From an uncultured virus (IMG/VR IMGVR_UViG_3300032316_001438) (lineage: Duplodnaviria; Heunggongvirae; Uroviricota; Caudoviricetes), in the IMG/VR virus record IMGVR_UViG_3300032316_001438: a stretch of 64,000 bases of DNA, one strand, 5' to 3'. The translations under genes and the position numbers were made by a program. Shown piece by piece: positions 1 to 10,490 of this stretch (within the stretch, counting starts at the first letter, position 1; each line of letters begins with the position of its first letter). The notes beneath the pieces are model-generated. The model was not told the origin of the DNA, did no database searches, and worked only from the letters and a program-made list of their open reading frames with translations.

Positions 1-2220
1 AGGCGTGAAACCTAAGAAATCCCTTATCGTGTCAAGCTGAGATGTCTGAGTACGATGATCCAAGAGTATTTTGATCGCAGTATTGTTCCTTATCGGTATG
101 CCTACCGCGCTGGTCTGAAGCTCAGTCACTGACTGCGTGATAACTACAGCGCCAGCGTTCATTTTACGACAGGTACGGAACATGGACTCAATGAATTTAG
201 CGAGCTGTGGGCTATTACCTAGAAAGCTCCACGCCTCATCCATGAAAAGGTATTTACGCATCTCCAAAGGGAGCTTCATAAACTTAGAAAATACAAGGTC
301 AATAATTATGAGCGACATAAAAGGATACACGAGAGGGTCTTTCTCCACGCCCGCCATATCAAAGGCTATGAGGCGATGCTGAGAAATGTCCTCCATGCTA
401 TCAGAGTTTAGGATTTTGTAGTACCTGCTGCTCGCATCGCAATATTTACGCAGTACCGCAAAGAAGCTGACTTGCTCAAAAAGAGTTAGCTCACTTTGTA
501 ATCTCTTGTCGTCTTTATTTTCAACGTACTTCTGAACGAATGAATAAAAACGATCTAAACGAGGCGCTGTTTTGGTATTGTTAACGTGGACAACGTAAGC
601 GATCAGGAACTCTCCGATCATAGCCTCCTCTGTTTTAGACAAGGATTCTCCTTTCGATCCATCCTTCCACAGCACGGAAATAAGAGTCGTCAGGAAAATC
701 ATTTTTTCGTTATCCATAACGTAAATTCCATTGCTATCTTTTGGTAGAAGAAAGGGATTCATAGAAATTGGATCCTCTTCGGAGTGTCGATAGTATTTGC
801 CGTCAAGCATCTCAACGACATTAATATATGATCCGCCAATATCGATGATGGTCTGATCGTAACCCTTGTCATAATTCTGAACGATCCAATACTGCGCAGT
901 AACAGACTTACCGCTACCCGAGGGACCGATCAGTATCGCGTTCTTGTTCTCCAGCTTGTTAGAGAAAAGATCAAGCAGAATAGGTTCGTTGCTTCTGTTT
1001 CCAAAAAGGATACCTTCACCTTCGCTTGCTGTTGGTGCGCTTAAGGAAGGGAAACAAAATGCTTGATGAGCCGTAACCAGGTTGGGATAGAACATATCTC
1101 TGGCCATTCCTGGAGAAAACGTGGTAAAAAAGTTTAATGCATCGTGGGAGCAAACAATTCCCATCGAATTATTCATGGTATTATAGGCGGCTTTGGTATG
1201 GTTGATAGCGTCATCAAGAGTCGCATCATTTAAAGACCATAACATGACGTTCTGTTCCAGGTGTACCAGTGTGTCGCCAGATGATCGTACCTCTTTAGTA
1301 AACTCGGCGTCTTGCTCCATAGCGATTGCCCCGGACTGCCCGGTGAATTTGGAAAAGGTAGCCCGGAATTTATTTCGAAAATCAATACCCTCAAGAGTTT
1401 TGTTATTGTCAGGGATAAATATCGCAGTATTGATAACATGAGGAAAGGTGATTCGGTCTAGTGGTGTGCATAGAAAGTCAGTTACCAGCCTATCGTTCTT
1501 TTTCGAGCTTGGAATGACAGAGCCTATATCATGCAGGTTTACAAAGGCCACTTTGTACTGCCCGGACTTAACATGATTGCCCTCACAATAATGAGTTGTT
1601 GATAAAGCGTCTGTGCCAGATTTCAAGAGAAACCCTAAATTGTAGTACTCGTACATGTTTGCAAGCAGGTCCGAGCTAAGCATTGCTTTAGCTTTAAACG
1701 AGTCTAAAGAGTTGATCTGAGTAAGAAACCCATTGACCAGTTGAATGACCTTAGCCATATTGGCCCGCACACTAGCAAGGTCAGGCGTATTCTGCGGTTT
1801 AAATCGCAGCATTGTCTGAAGGCTGTTTTTAATCTTACTATTATGAAAATCAAAGCTGATGTAAAGAGATATCTTTTTTCGCATCAACGGGCGGTCATCA
1901 AAATGAGACTTCAGCTTTTTCAAGAAAAAGCCGTCACCTTCCGTTTCTAAATCGCTGGTCACATAATTCGCGCATTTCTGAAAATGAAGAACTGTCCCCA
2001 CAGGAAGTGTTTTGATAATGTTAGCGAATGAGTTGACATAATTTAGTATCTGCTCTTCACTACTCATCTCCTCTTCCTTAGGAATAATAGATATCCCCAC
2101 AGTAATAACTCCATCAGGTCTTACCAAAAGGTTGCTTTCTAAAGCGAAGCCATCATACATCTCTTCCATTAGCTTGACACCTGGGAAAGAGAATGATTTT
2201 TGTTTCTTTGCGCTAAACAT
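1..2220 (-). CDS. traG: Conjugation ATPase TraG/VirB4-like (partial, runs off left edge)
   Basis: Absent from the ORF track because the stop lies outside the window. Manual translation from ATG 2220 (MFSAKKQK...) gives Walker A NAILIGPSGSGKS (~905-945), Walker B FMDEAWSFL and the VirB4-type FRTCRKMNAGAVVITQ. Downstream of TraE/TraF-like genes. Confidence 0.9.
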   Translation of the reverse strand, partial: MFSAKKQKSFSFPGVKLMEEMYDGFALESNLLVRPDGVITVGISIIPKEEEMSSEEQILNYVNSFANIIKTLPVGTVLHFQKCANYVTSDLETEGDGFFLKKLKSHFDDRPLMRKKISLYISFDFHNSKIKNSLQTMLRFKPQNTPDLASVRANMAKVIQLVNGFLTQINSLDSFKAKAMLSSDLLANMYEYYNLGFLLKSGTDALSTTHYCEGNHVKSGQYKVAFVNLHDIGSVIPSSKKNDRLVTDFLCTPLDRITFPHVINTAIFIPDNNKTLEGIDFRNKFRATFSKFTGQSGAIAMEQDAEFTKEVRSSGDTLVHLEQNVMLWSLNDATLDDAINHTKAAYNTMNNSMGIVCSHDALNFFTTFSPGMARDMFYPNLVTAHQAFCFPSLSAPTASEGEGILFGNRSNEPILLDLFSNKLENKNAILIGPSGSGKSVTAQYWIVQNYDKGYDQTIIDIGGSYINVVEMLDGKYYRHSEEDPISMNPFLLPKDSNGIYVMDNEKMIFLTTLISVLWKDGSKGESLSKTEEAMIGEFLIAYVVHVNNTKTAPRLDRFYSFVQKYVENKDDKRLQSELTLFEQVSFFAVLRKYCDASSRYYKILNSDSMEDISQHRLIAFDMAGVEKDPLVYPFMSLIIIDLVFSKFMKLPLEMRKYLFMDEAWSFLGNSPQLAKFIESMFRTCRKMNAGAVVITQSVTELQTSAVGIPIRNNTAIKILLDHRTQTSQLDTIRDFLGFTP

Positions 2221-2245
2221 TATCGGGTAGATTATTAAAAAGTTA

Positions 2246-2569
2246 CTAACTATTTTTTTTAGGAAGACGCGAGAACAAATCTTTGTACATAAAATGAAGT
2301 TGCTTGCGCTGTATAAGATGTCCAATGAAACTAATCAGGAACCCTTTGTACGCTTGCTTATTCCCGTAGCGCAAGAATGGAAGTCCTACACCAAGAACCA
2401 GTAACGCCAGATAGGAAACAATGGTACCAATTAATGGAAACACAATGCCAATAATTTTACTCACAACCAGAAACACCATAGTAGCCCCAAGTAGCATGAG
2501 TAGTTCCACGAAATCAAAACCAGAGATACTAAGGCGCTTGTTGATGTTAGCGTTATATGGGAATTCCAT
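2246..2569 (-). CDS. traF: TraF-like (VirB3-like) small membrane protein
   Basis: 107 aa, two TM segments, N-terminus MEFPYNANINKRL resembles Bacteroides TraF; lies between pilin and VirB4 genes. Confidence 0.65.
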   Translation of the reverse strand: MEFPYNANINKRLSISGFDFVELLMLLGATMVFLVVSKIIGIVFPLIGTIVSYLALLVLGVGLPFLRYGNKQAYKGFLISFIGHLIQRKQLHFMYKDLFSRLPKKNS

Positions 2570-2586
2570 GGTTTGGAAAAATAATG

Positions 2587-2937
2587 TTATGCCAAAGTGA
2601 ACCCGAAGAACCTACCAATAGAAGGTAGTGCCGCCCAGAGAATCAAAACAATAACTAGTACTACCGCCTTTTGGCCAGCAGCTCTCGAATCGCCACTTTG
2701 AACCATCCCGGCAATAATGCTGATAATTAAGACCATACATAGTAATCCTAAGATAACCTGAACTACAGTCCATGCCGCTCTTATGTATGTATTTAACTGA
2801 GAATTCCCTGCCGCAAAGTCAACGGTCCCTGTGCCCTGCGCGAAGATTTCGATTGGCGTAATTAGCATCATTAGCATGATGGCTAAAAGAAATGCAAATT
2901 TTTTGTTGTTGTTGTCTTGTTCGATGATCGTTTTCAT
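2587..2937 (-). CDS. traE: TraE/VirB2-like pilin precursor
   Basis: Signal peptide ending IFAQ, two hydrophobic helices, synteny with TraF and TraG. Confidence 0.65.
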   Translation of the reverse strand: MKTIIEQDNNNKKFAFLLAIMLMMLITPIEIFAQGTGTVDFAAGNSQLNTYIRAAWTVVQVILGLLCMVLIISIIAGMVQSGDSRAAGQKAVVLVIVLILWAALPSIGRFFGFTLA

Positions 2938-2974
2938 ATTTTGTTAAAAATTAAGTTTAGTTGAGTATAAAAAT

Positions 2975-3667
2975 TTAGAGTTTTTCTAAAATTTCTGTGT
3001 CGGTGACCGCTTGAGGCTGTCCTCCGGATTGCATTGACCTTATCGCAGCAACTAGTCTATTTTGGTTTTCCAGGTTCTCCATATCTTCTGCCTCTTTTAG
3101 GTTCTGGATGTTAAGCTCCTCCTTAGCCATAGACCTCTCTACTTCATTAGGAAGTAAACTAGCCAACACCTTAAAGGAGATGGACACTTGTTTATCACGC
3201 TCCTCAATACGCCGAACCTCTTCTAACTCTTGCTGACGCTTCTGCTGGTAGGAGAGTCGGATATCATCTCCCGTTTGATAAAGCGAGGAGATATCACCCT
3301 TTAGAATTATAGGCTTTAGGGAAGCGTGATTTATTTTCTGAGCCGGAATCACCCCACCTTTAAGATAAAAAATAAAAAATACGAATCCCATTGCGCACAG
3401 ACAGATTGCCAGCGCTATCAGATCGGCTATCAAAACGGTACTAGCTACAGAATCACTATTAGTAATCCAGAACCATGCCCTTAGGGTGAAAACATAAGGG
3501 ATAAGCGGAATGCCAATCAACAGTACAAAGCACTTAGCGATATGAAGCTCTTTGACTCTTTGTAAGTAGATATCAGACTTATAGATAAAAAGTCCAACCC
3601 TTTCAGGGTTCTCAATTCTAAACAAACGAGCTAATCGTTCACCGAAAGAAGCTGAGGCAGCAGACAT
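2975..3667 (-). CDS. Membrane protein with coiled coil, first gene of tra operon
   Basis: 230-aa ORF, two TM segments, charged helical C-terminus. Confidence 0.7.
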   Translation of the reverse strand: MSAASASFGERLARLFRIENPERVGLFIYKSDIYLQRVKELHIAKCFVLLIGIPLIPYVFTLRAWFWITNSDSVASTVLIADLIALAICLCAMGFVFFIFYLKGGVIPAQKINHASLKPIILKGDISSLYQTGDDIRLSYQQKRQQELEEVRRIEERDKQVSISFKVLASLLPNEVERSMAKEELNIQNLKEAEDMENLENQNRLVAAIRSMQSGGQPQAVTDTEILEKL

Positions 3668-3815
3668 TGTTTATTGTTTTTTGGACGTTTACTGATGCAA
3701 TAATCACACTATATTTCAGAATATCCAAATTTGCGCGTTTCACAAAAAAAGACGGCTTAGGTATATGTATTGGTAAAAAATGTATATTGCACCAACGTCC
3801 AAAACCAATACAAGC

Positions 3816-6800
3816 ATGGAAGCATATCGCGAGATTATAGCGCTTGCTATTAGCACAATAGAAGCAGACAGATTTTCAGAAAAATATCTTGTGAAAAGAC
3901 CTTTCGATGGAGAGGATAGGTATTATCTGCCCACAAAAATACAGCCATCGGCAAACCTTAAGACCGACGCAGCCAGAATTAGCAAGGCTCTGGATGAAGC
4001 TGCAGAAAACGGAATATTGATAAAGAACGGTAAAATGGTTCTGGCCAAAACGGGCTCGGAATTAACCGGTGATACGATACTTGCCATGGTGATGGCCTTA
4101 GAAAAAATCCATACCCCCTACCTGGCTTCTTTTAAGATCCTTGGCTTTGACTACAACTCCTTTATGATAAAACAGCTCTCGGAGCTAAAAGAGACATTGA
4201 CTGCGAGTGATTTTTCAGCATTGGGTGTTCAACCGACCCGCACCAAAAACATATATATAATAAATGACGACAAAGATAATCCCATTAAGATAACGCCAGG
4301 CCGCAATGGTGGTAATGCGAAATGGCTGCAAACAAAAACAGGAGTTCCTATTGATGGATTCAAAGGCAACATGTTCGGCCTTTATGAGTACCTCACCCAG
4401 CACAAAGGGGTTGGTAGAAGTCTTAACGATAAAATAAAAGACTGTTACCGGGATCTCAAGAATGGCATCAGTCTTAGTCAGAGTATATCCAATGAGATAC
4501 GGATGCAATCAGGATTACCCCTGCAAGAGGGAATCAGCGAAAAGACAAGTCAAATAAAATTGTTCTCTAAACCCTCCGTACTAGAGATGGTAAAACATCC
4601 GGAGATTCCACACAAACCCCTTCAGGATTCATCACGATACCTTCGGTACCGGGGCATAACGCTTGAGACAATAAAGGCAGAGCCATTCAAAGATTTGCTC
4701 GGGACCGAGCTATCTATAATGGGTGATAAGCCAGAAAAGATGAACTACCGGCATGAAGATGCCATATTCAAACCTCTCTATTTTGTATACAAAGACATCG
4801 ATGGCCGGATAATTAATAAGGAGTTTAAAAATTATTACACTCGCAAGGCATTAAAAAAACTGCGAGAGAAAGACCCTACAGAGAAAAGAAGCTTCCCCAG
4901 ACATACCGGCCCCAGAGCGTACAGCCTGTTCATAAGCAACATCCCAAAAGACCCCTCGCACATCGTGCTAATTGAAAGTCCGTTAGATTGTTTGAGTTTC
5001 TATCAGTACCATAAAAACAAGCCCGGATATGGATGGATAGACAAAGCTGTTTTTATTGCCAATGGTGGGTCAATGAGCGAAACGCAAATTCCAATAATTG
5101 ACAAGATAATTGCTGAAAACAAAATCAACAATGTGATGTTGGCCAGCGATAAGGATATGCAAGGTCGTTCATACAACTTAACGTATCTGGGGGTTTTAGG
5201 TGCCGTTGAAAGTAGATTCAGGATCAAGCACAAGGACGGTGAAGGAACCTTCATAGACGCTATCGATGATAAGTCAGGAGATCTGGTGAGAAAGCTATTT
5301 AATCAATTAGAGGCCGCAAAACTAAAAGGCGGAGTCACATTAGTGACAGAAGAGGCAAGCGCATCGATTAGGTTTTTCTACACCGAAGAGAACTATTTAA
5401 AGGTCGGCCAACAGATCGCGCAAGTCAGAAAGGAGACGGAGCTAAAATTCAGAACGATCTCGCCGAGCTCAAGTAAGGATTGGACAGACTTACTGATAGG
5501 CAAAAAGGGTGAGGAGCCATTGCTCGGCAATAGGCCACTAGTGAGTTGGATTAGGAATAGGGAAAAATTTGCCAGGGTAAACCAACTTCAACTCAAAGAA
5601 ATTCAGATCGGTGATATGGGCAAACAATGGAGCATAGCTGCCAAAGGTGAGAAGCTAGGCAAGTTAGACCTGGAGACGATGCGATTCACACCTTACAGCC
5701 ATCAAAGAGAGGCGTTCGTATCAGAGCAAATGAAGGCTGTTCGCCAGGAGATTAAAAAAGTGGTTGACTTTTATTCGCAAGGAATAGACAATCAGGCGAT
5801 GAGAGCCGCTCAAACAGAAACAGTACGTTTGGATGGAGACATATTGCTGGCTGGCAATAACCCGATTGCAAAAAAGGAGGGCTCTAAGATCATTCTATCC
5901 GATGATATAGTTCTAAGCGAAGCTGTAGAGGATAGGCTTGATCTTATGCAAAAGATGCAAAAAGGATTGGATGCGATGGAGAAACAAGGTATCGAAAGGA
6001 ACGGTATCGATATGGACAGCATACTGGTAAGCGTTGGAAACAAAGTTTTTCTCGGGGAGTCAGGCAAGTATCATTTGTTTAATGTTGGAATAGACATGAA
6101 TTTCAATCCAACACCATTATACAATAACTGGTCAACAACGAAACATCCACTAGTGCCGGTAGTTGATAAATTACTCGTTCAAGTAAAAGGCGCAATACCT
6201 GAAAAAGAGTTCGTGTCGCTCGTACCCAATTCAGAGGTGGTGGTGAAAAATGAAGAGTTGTACTGGAACGGTAAGCTGGGTAAACTAGATGAACACAGCC
6301 GGTTTGAGTTGTTTGAGAATCGGTTGAGGGATAATATCCCGACCGATGTGTACGAAAAGATCGAGGAGTTTCAGAAGCTAGGAGCGGAAGAGTATAAAAG
6401 GCGGGTGAACTACGAGAAAAGAATAAGGGTAGACGTGGATATGAATTTACTCATAGACAAGAAGGTACTTGGGAAGGTATCCATGGACCAAAATAACAAC
6501 CCAACCATTACCTTGCCCGCAGGGGCTGTGGGACTCGCCGAACTACTGGTAAAAGCAGGCCTGCAACCGGGAATTATATCTATTGGTGACCAGAAGTATG
6601 AGCCGGTCAAAGAGACAACCAAGTCAGAGGTTTCACAGAGAAGAGTCGTAAGGCTAGAGCAAAGTGATGGAAGCATGAAGGTAATGGTTGGTGATATGGT
6701 GATTGGTTCCTGGGATGCGGAAGCTCAAAAAATTGAGCTGGATAAGAGACTTGGCACTCCAAACGAAAGTATCGCCAAAGAAATCGAGAAGTTGGAATTA

Positions 6801-8114
6801 GAGCAGCGTGAAAAAAGGATGGCAACCGCAATGCAAGCAGCGCTTGTGCAGAACCCCGAGAACATTGTTCTAAAAACAGCCACAGAGAAGCTTGAAATAA
6901 ATGCCAGTGCATGCCCAACCCCTGAGGTGTTTGCCGTAGCTGTGGCAACCCAACTTAGAGAGGATGAGCAGAGCAAAGTGGTATCAGCAGTAACCGATGA
7001 CAAGAAAGAGCACAATACGCTGGAGCAGGCTTGGAATAGTCATGCCGAAAAACACGGCAAACAGGAAATGTCATCGCTAAATCCTCTGTCACCTGAAAGA
7101 CTTAACCAAACTGACCAGAACAAGGAAAGCGATATCTGGTTGAAGGGTACTTGCATATTAAAAGATGTGTTAGACGATCCGAAATGGAAAGGTATCTTAA
7201 TTGAGAATGAGCAGGGAAGTTTCATTAAAGGCCATCACAATAGAGAGTTAAAGCCCATTTATGATCTGGGTACATTTTCCTTTTTGGATAGCGGCTTTGT
7301 AAGAACAAATATTGCTGATCGAATAGTTTACCATGAGAGTTGTGTGATTGCCCAGGACGTGCAGGCGTTGATGGCGTACTATCAACTTAACAGAGATACA
7401 ATTGCTTATGATGACAAGGTAAGCTTGTTTGCGCCTGCTGATCCGGGAAGTCTGAAACTGTGCGTCTTGAGTGCGGCATTACTGAAGCCAAAAACAATTG
7501 TATTAATTGGTGATAAACCAATGGCGGAGAGTTTAGAGCAATACAAAAACTACCTAAGTGATATCGAGATCAAAAGAATATCAGAAGGAGAAGTGATTGC
7601 GAACTTCCATCAAGAAAGGGAGAAATCAGCAAGGCCCAGCAATCCAAGATACGATATTCTAAAAAATGCTGATCTACCCGGAGCGCTATTTGATGATTCT
7701 AAAAAAGAGGTATATCTACCTACTTATAAAGGTGTATTGGAAAGTGGGCGAGCAGAGTTAGTTGGGACTCTAAAAATTGTCCCAGGGGAAAATACAACAG
7801 CACTCATCGCCACTGATAGAGGCGTATATATTCCACGACTGCCTACAGGAGTTAATGATCCACTTTTCGTTTCAGGCACAATAAATAATGAGTTTATCGA
7901 GCGCACAAAAGCCGGTGATTTCACTTTGTTAGCGCCTCAGAAAAACAATGAGATGATCGATAACCTAGCCACTATTTACAGCATACCCAAGAGCAACATT
8001 ATAAAAATTGATGACAACGAAGATCCTAAAATGAACTACAGCACTGGGCATAAAAATGAACTACCCCAACAGCAAGAGATCATAGAATCTAAACAAGCAA
8101 CATTAACGTTTTAA
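3816..8114 (+). CDS. Large TOPRIM-domain (primase-like) protein
   Basis: RYLRYRGI, IVLIESPLDCLSFYQ, ANGGS and LASDKDMQG motifs typical of plasmid Toprim proteins; start moved to ATG 3816 because a promoter-like element overlaps the upstream ATG. Confidence 0.75.
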   Translation: MEAYREIIALAISTIEADRFSEKYLVKRPFDGEDRYYLPTKIQPSANLKTDAARISKALDEAAENGILIKNGKMVLAKTGSELTGDTILAMVMALEKIHTPYLASFKILGFDYNSFMIKQLSELKETLTASDFSALGVQPTRTKNIYIINDDKDNPIKITPGRNGGNAKWLQTKTGVPIDGFKGNMFGLYEYLTQHKGVGRSLNDKIKDCYRDLKNGISLSQSISNEIRMQSGLPLQEGISEKTSQIKLFSKPSVLEMVKHPEIPHKPLQDSSRYLRYRGITLETIKAEPFKDLLGTELSIMGDKPEKMNYRHEDAIFKPLYFVYKDIDGRIINKEFKNYYTRKALKKLREKDPTEKRSFPRHTGPRAYSLFISNIPKDPSHIVLIESPLDCLSFYQYHKNKPGYGWIDKAVFIANGGSMSETQIPIIDKIIAENKINNVMLASDKDMQGRSYNLTYLGVLGAVESRFRIKHKDGEGTFIDAIDDKSGDLVRKLFNQLEAAKLKGGVTLVTEEASASIRFFYTEENYLKVGQQIAQVRKETELKFRTISPSSSKDWTDLLIGKKGEEPLLGNRPLVSWIRNREKFARVNQLQLKEIQIGDMGKQWSIAAKGEKLGKLDLETMRFTPYSHQREAFVSEQMKAVRQEIKKVVDFYSQGIDNQAMRAAQTETVRLDGDILLAGNNPIAKKEGSKIILSDDIVLSEAVEDRLDLMQKMQKGLDAMEKQGIERNGIDMDSILVSVGNKVFLGESGKYHLFNVGIDMNFNPTPLYNNWSTTKHPLVPVVDKLLVQVKGAIPEKEFVSLVPNSEVVVKNEELYWNGKLGKLDEHSRFELFENRLRDNIPTDVYEKIEEFQKLGAEEYKRRVNYEKRIRVDVDMNLLIDKKVLGKVSMDQNNNPTITLPAGAVGLAELLVKAGLQPGIISIGDQKYEPVKETTKSEVSQRRVVRLEQSDGSMKVMVGDMVIGSWDAEAQKIELDKRLGTPNESIAKEIEKLELEQREKRMATAMQAALVQNPENIVLKTATEKLEINASACPTPEVFAVAVATQLREDEQSKVVSAVTDDKKEHNTLEQAWNSHAEKHGKQEMSSLNPLSPERLNQTDQNKESDIWLKGTCILKDVLDDPKWKGILIENEQGSFIKGHHNRELKPIYDLGTFSFLDSGFVRTNIADRIVYHESCVIAQDVQALMAYYQLNRDTIAYDDKVSLFAPADPGSLKLCVLSAALLKPKTIVLIGDKPMAESLEQYKNYLSDIEIKRISEGEVIANFHQEREKSARPSNPRYDILKNADLPGALFDDSKKEVYLPTYKGVLESGRAELVGTLKIVPGENTTALIATDRGVYIPRLPTGVNDPLFVSGTINNEFIERTKAGDFTLLAPQKNNEMIDNLATIYSIPKSNIIKIDDNEDPKMNYSTGHKNELPQQQEIIESKQATLTF

Positions 8115-8125
8115 ACCAATAAGAC

Positions 8126-8794
8126 ATGAATATGTCACTAACCAGCGCAGTAGATCCATTACATCAGCAGCCAGATGACACGGATGAACATACCAAAATA
8201 CAAGATCCAAAACATGGGTTAGTAAAAAGCAGATTGCACTCCGAGATGGCAGCGAAGAGGAAGGGACGGACCTCTGAAAACAAGCCGCCAGATATGTTTG
8301 CTGATGTCGAGCAGCAGGCTAAAGATTGGGCGGCTCGCAAAGCGGAGGCTTCTTCAGTTAGTAGCGGTAGCGTTGTTAAAGACGATCATCCGCATAAAGA
8401 ATTTTTCCAACCCATTGCCTCCCATCAAGGGAGAACGACAAGCTTTATAAATCCCGAAATTACCCTGGAGGTAATGAGAGTTCAAGATATTGAAAAGATA
8501 GTTGAAAAATACAACTATGCGAGCGTTTCACAATTAACTAATATCGTACAGATGACACTCCGCGAGGTTTGTGCAAAAAATCAGTTTATGGCTTTGGATA
8601 AGATGTATGACAACATGTTTGCGTATGCTTCAATATGGGAGTCTCTCCTTATAGAGCATCTGGAAAACACAAAGCTTAACAAGAAAGGCACGGAAGAAGA
8701 TATTGTAATGTCATACCTAAAAGGAATGTCTGCTTCGGCAAAGAAAAATGTATTGGATTACTTAATGAAATGGGGTGGTGTGAAAACAAGTTGA
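8126..8794 (+). CDS. Hypothetical protein
   Basis: 222-aa ORF 11 nt downstream of the TOPRIM gene. Confidence 0.75.
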   Translation: MNMSLTSAVDPLHQQPDDTDEHTKIQDPKHGLVKSRLHSEMAAKRKGRTSENKPPDMFADVEQQAKDWAARKAEASSVSSGSVVKDDHPHKEFFQPIASHQGRTTSFINPEITLEVMRVQDIEKIVEKYNYASVSQLTNIVQMTLREVCAKNQFMALDKMYDNMFAYASIWESLLIEHLENTKLNKKGTEEDIVMSYLKGMSASAKKNVLDYLMKWGGVKTS

Positions 8795-8827
8795 TCAGAA
8801 CTGTAGGATGGTATCAAATTTTAGATA

Positions 8828-8863
8828 ATAAAGGCGACTTTTAACAAGCCGCCTTTATTTTTT
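8828..8863. terminator. Bidirectional intrinsic terminator
   Basis: ATAAAGGCG...CGCCTTTAT stem plus T tract between convergent genes. Confidence 0.75.
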
Positions 8864-8878
8864 CGTATTATTCGTTAG

Positions 8879-9451
8879 TTAAAACAAATCATCAGCATTA
8901 GCTGGATTTACCAAGAGGTGTCCACACTTATCTTTGGTAACCAGATACCTTCTTGTTGTTGTGGCCATTGTCGGTGATCGAACTGAGTCGATGTATATGG
9001 ATAGATTTTGAACGACCCAACCAACCGTGTCTTTATCGTTTAAAGGTAGTCTGGGGATAAGTTGCTTAAAAGCAACATTGACATCAACTTGGCTAAGTAA
9101 TACGTTGTAAATAAGGGAGTCTTTATTTGCCGAAAAACCCATGGGTTGAATCTCCCAACTAGCCATTGAAGCACTTTTCTTGTAAAAAGGTGTTTCAAAC
9201 ATCATTTGAAGTTTTACCAGATCGAGCGGGTCAATCCGTGATCTGCTGGATTGAGACTGCATTGTATAACATTCCACTAAATTAAAATCGCGGGCATAGG
9301 CTGTCATGTAGTTTGCAATAGTCTCTTTCCCGGAAGCGATAAAATTCACGGTGTCAGCTTTGCTACCATTATCATCTTTTTCATTTGTGGTTTCACAGCT
9401 GACAAAGCAAAAAGAGGCCAGAATAAATAAGAAAGTTGCTGTTTTTTTCAT
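8879..9451 (-). CDS. Putative lipoprotein
   Basis: MKK + hydrophobic stretch + FVSC lipobox. Confidence 0.75.
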   Translation of the reverse strand: MKKTATFLFILASFCFVSCETTNEKDDNGSKADTVNFIASGKETIANYMTAYARDFNLVECYTMQSQSSRSRIDPLDLVKLQMMFETPFYKKSASMASWEIQPMGFSANKDSLIYNVLLSQVDVNVAFKQLIPRLPLNDKDTVGWVVQNLSIYIDSVRSPTMATTTRRYLVTKDKCGHLLVNPANADDLF

Positions 9452-9594
9452 AGTTGTTTTTGGACGTACTCAAAATTACCTAACAGGTTACTAATTACCA
9501 AAAATGCGATTTCTACTCCCCTCCTACTCAGGATCACCTTTTTGGTAATTCGCATAAAACAATCCAAATTTGTAACCCAACGTCCAACAGGAAA

Positions 9595-10470
9595 ATGAAT
9601 ATCAGGCAGGCAGTAACTAGCTTATTTAGAAAGCAGGGAGAGAAGTCAAATTATTGGAAAAGTGAAAAAAAGCTAGATCCAAACCAGAGCCGGGTTAAAC
9701 AGACCATGCTGGTTGTGATAATCCTATTAGCTATAGTAATAACGCTAAGTGCAGAGTACTACATGGATGAGTTTCAAACGTTCTACCCGCAGATATTGGC
9801 CGAGGCCCACGGGATGGTTTTTGATTTGTTCGTGGTTGGTGTATTGGTTTTTTACTTCGATAAGTCAAGAGAGAAGAGATGGATGATCACTCATTATACC
9901 GAGGAGTTAGAGGATTTGGCAGCTATCAAAACAACTGAAAGTGCATTAAGAGCCTCCGGACTAATCAAGAGGCTAAATCGATTAGGTGTGTCGAGTTTAC
10001 GAATCAACGGGATTCACTTGAGTAAGACCAACCTGCGAAAATGCAACCTAAGCAATGCAAGTATGCTGGAGGCAGATCTTTCCGGCGTAAAAGCAGAGAA
10101 AGCTAACTTCTACAAAGCATTGATAAATAACACGGTTTTGAAAAACGCGATGGTCAATGAGGCTACCTTCGAAAAGGCCTATGCGATGTCCGTTGATTTT
10201 AGTGGTTCATTTTGTATACAGACCATATTTACAAATGCCATGCTTGTGAGTGCCGTGTTCGACGGTGCCTACCTGATGAAAACAGATTTTGAAGGAGCAA
10301 TATTGGTGGACGCCTCATTCAAGGGAGCCTCTTTGAATAAGTGTAACTTCAGGAATACTCAAGGGCTGACAGTAGAAATGATGATGGCGGCAAAGACTTG
10401 GGACGGAGCTATGTTTGATCCGGAATTTGAGATCAAGCTCAAAGAATTAACAAACAATAAGGCGATCTAA
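9595..10470 (+). CDS. Pentapeptide-repeat protein with N-terminal TM helices
   Basis: Tandem pentapeptides (ADLSG, ANFYK, ATFEK, AVFDG, TDFEG, ASFKG) after two hydrophobic segments. Confidence 0.9.
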   Translation: MNIRQAVTSLFRKQGEKSNYWKSEKKLDPNQSRVKQTMLVVIILLAIVITLSAEYYMDEFQTFYPQILAEAHGMVFDLFVVGVLVFYFDKSREKRWMITHYTEELEDLAAIKTTESALRASGLIKRLNRLGVSSLRINGIHLSKTNLRKCNLSNASMLEADLSGVKAEKANFYKALINNTVLKNAMVNEATFEKAYAMSVDFSGSFCIQTIFTNAMLVSAVFDGAYLMKTDFEGAILVDASFKGASLNKCNFRNTQGLTVEMMMAAKTWDGAMFDPEFEIKLKELTNNKAI

Positions 10471-10490
10471 TAAACTATAAAAGTCTCCGA

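Noticed and set aside
137..1950. Short ORFs in the track at 137-1950
   Set aside because: Shadows of the long minus-strand traG frame
6339..6345. CCGACCG match (also CGGTCGG at 16213 on the + strand)
   Set aside because: Deep inside CDSs without the flanking consensus; consistent with chance
9595..10470. qnr resistance gene
   Set aside because: N-terminal TM region and no Qnr-specific similarity evident
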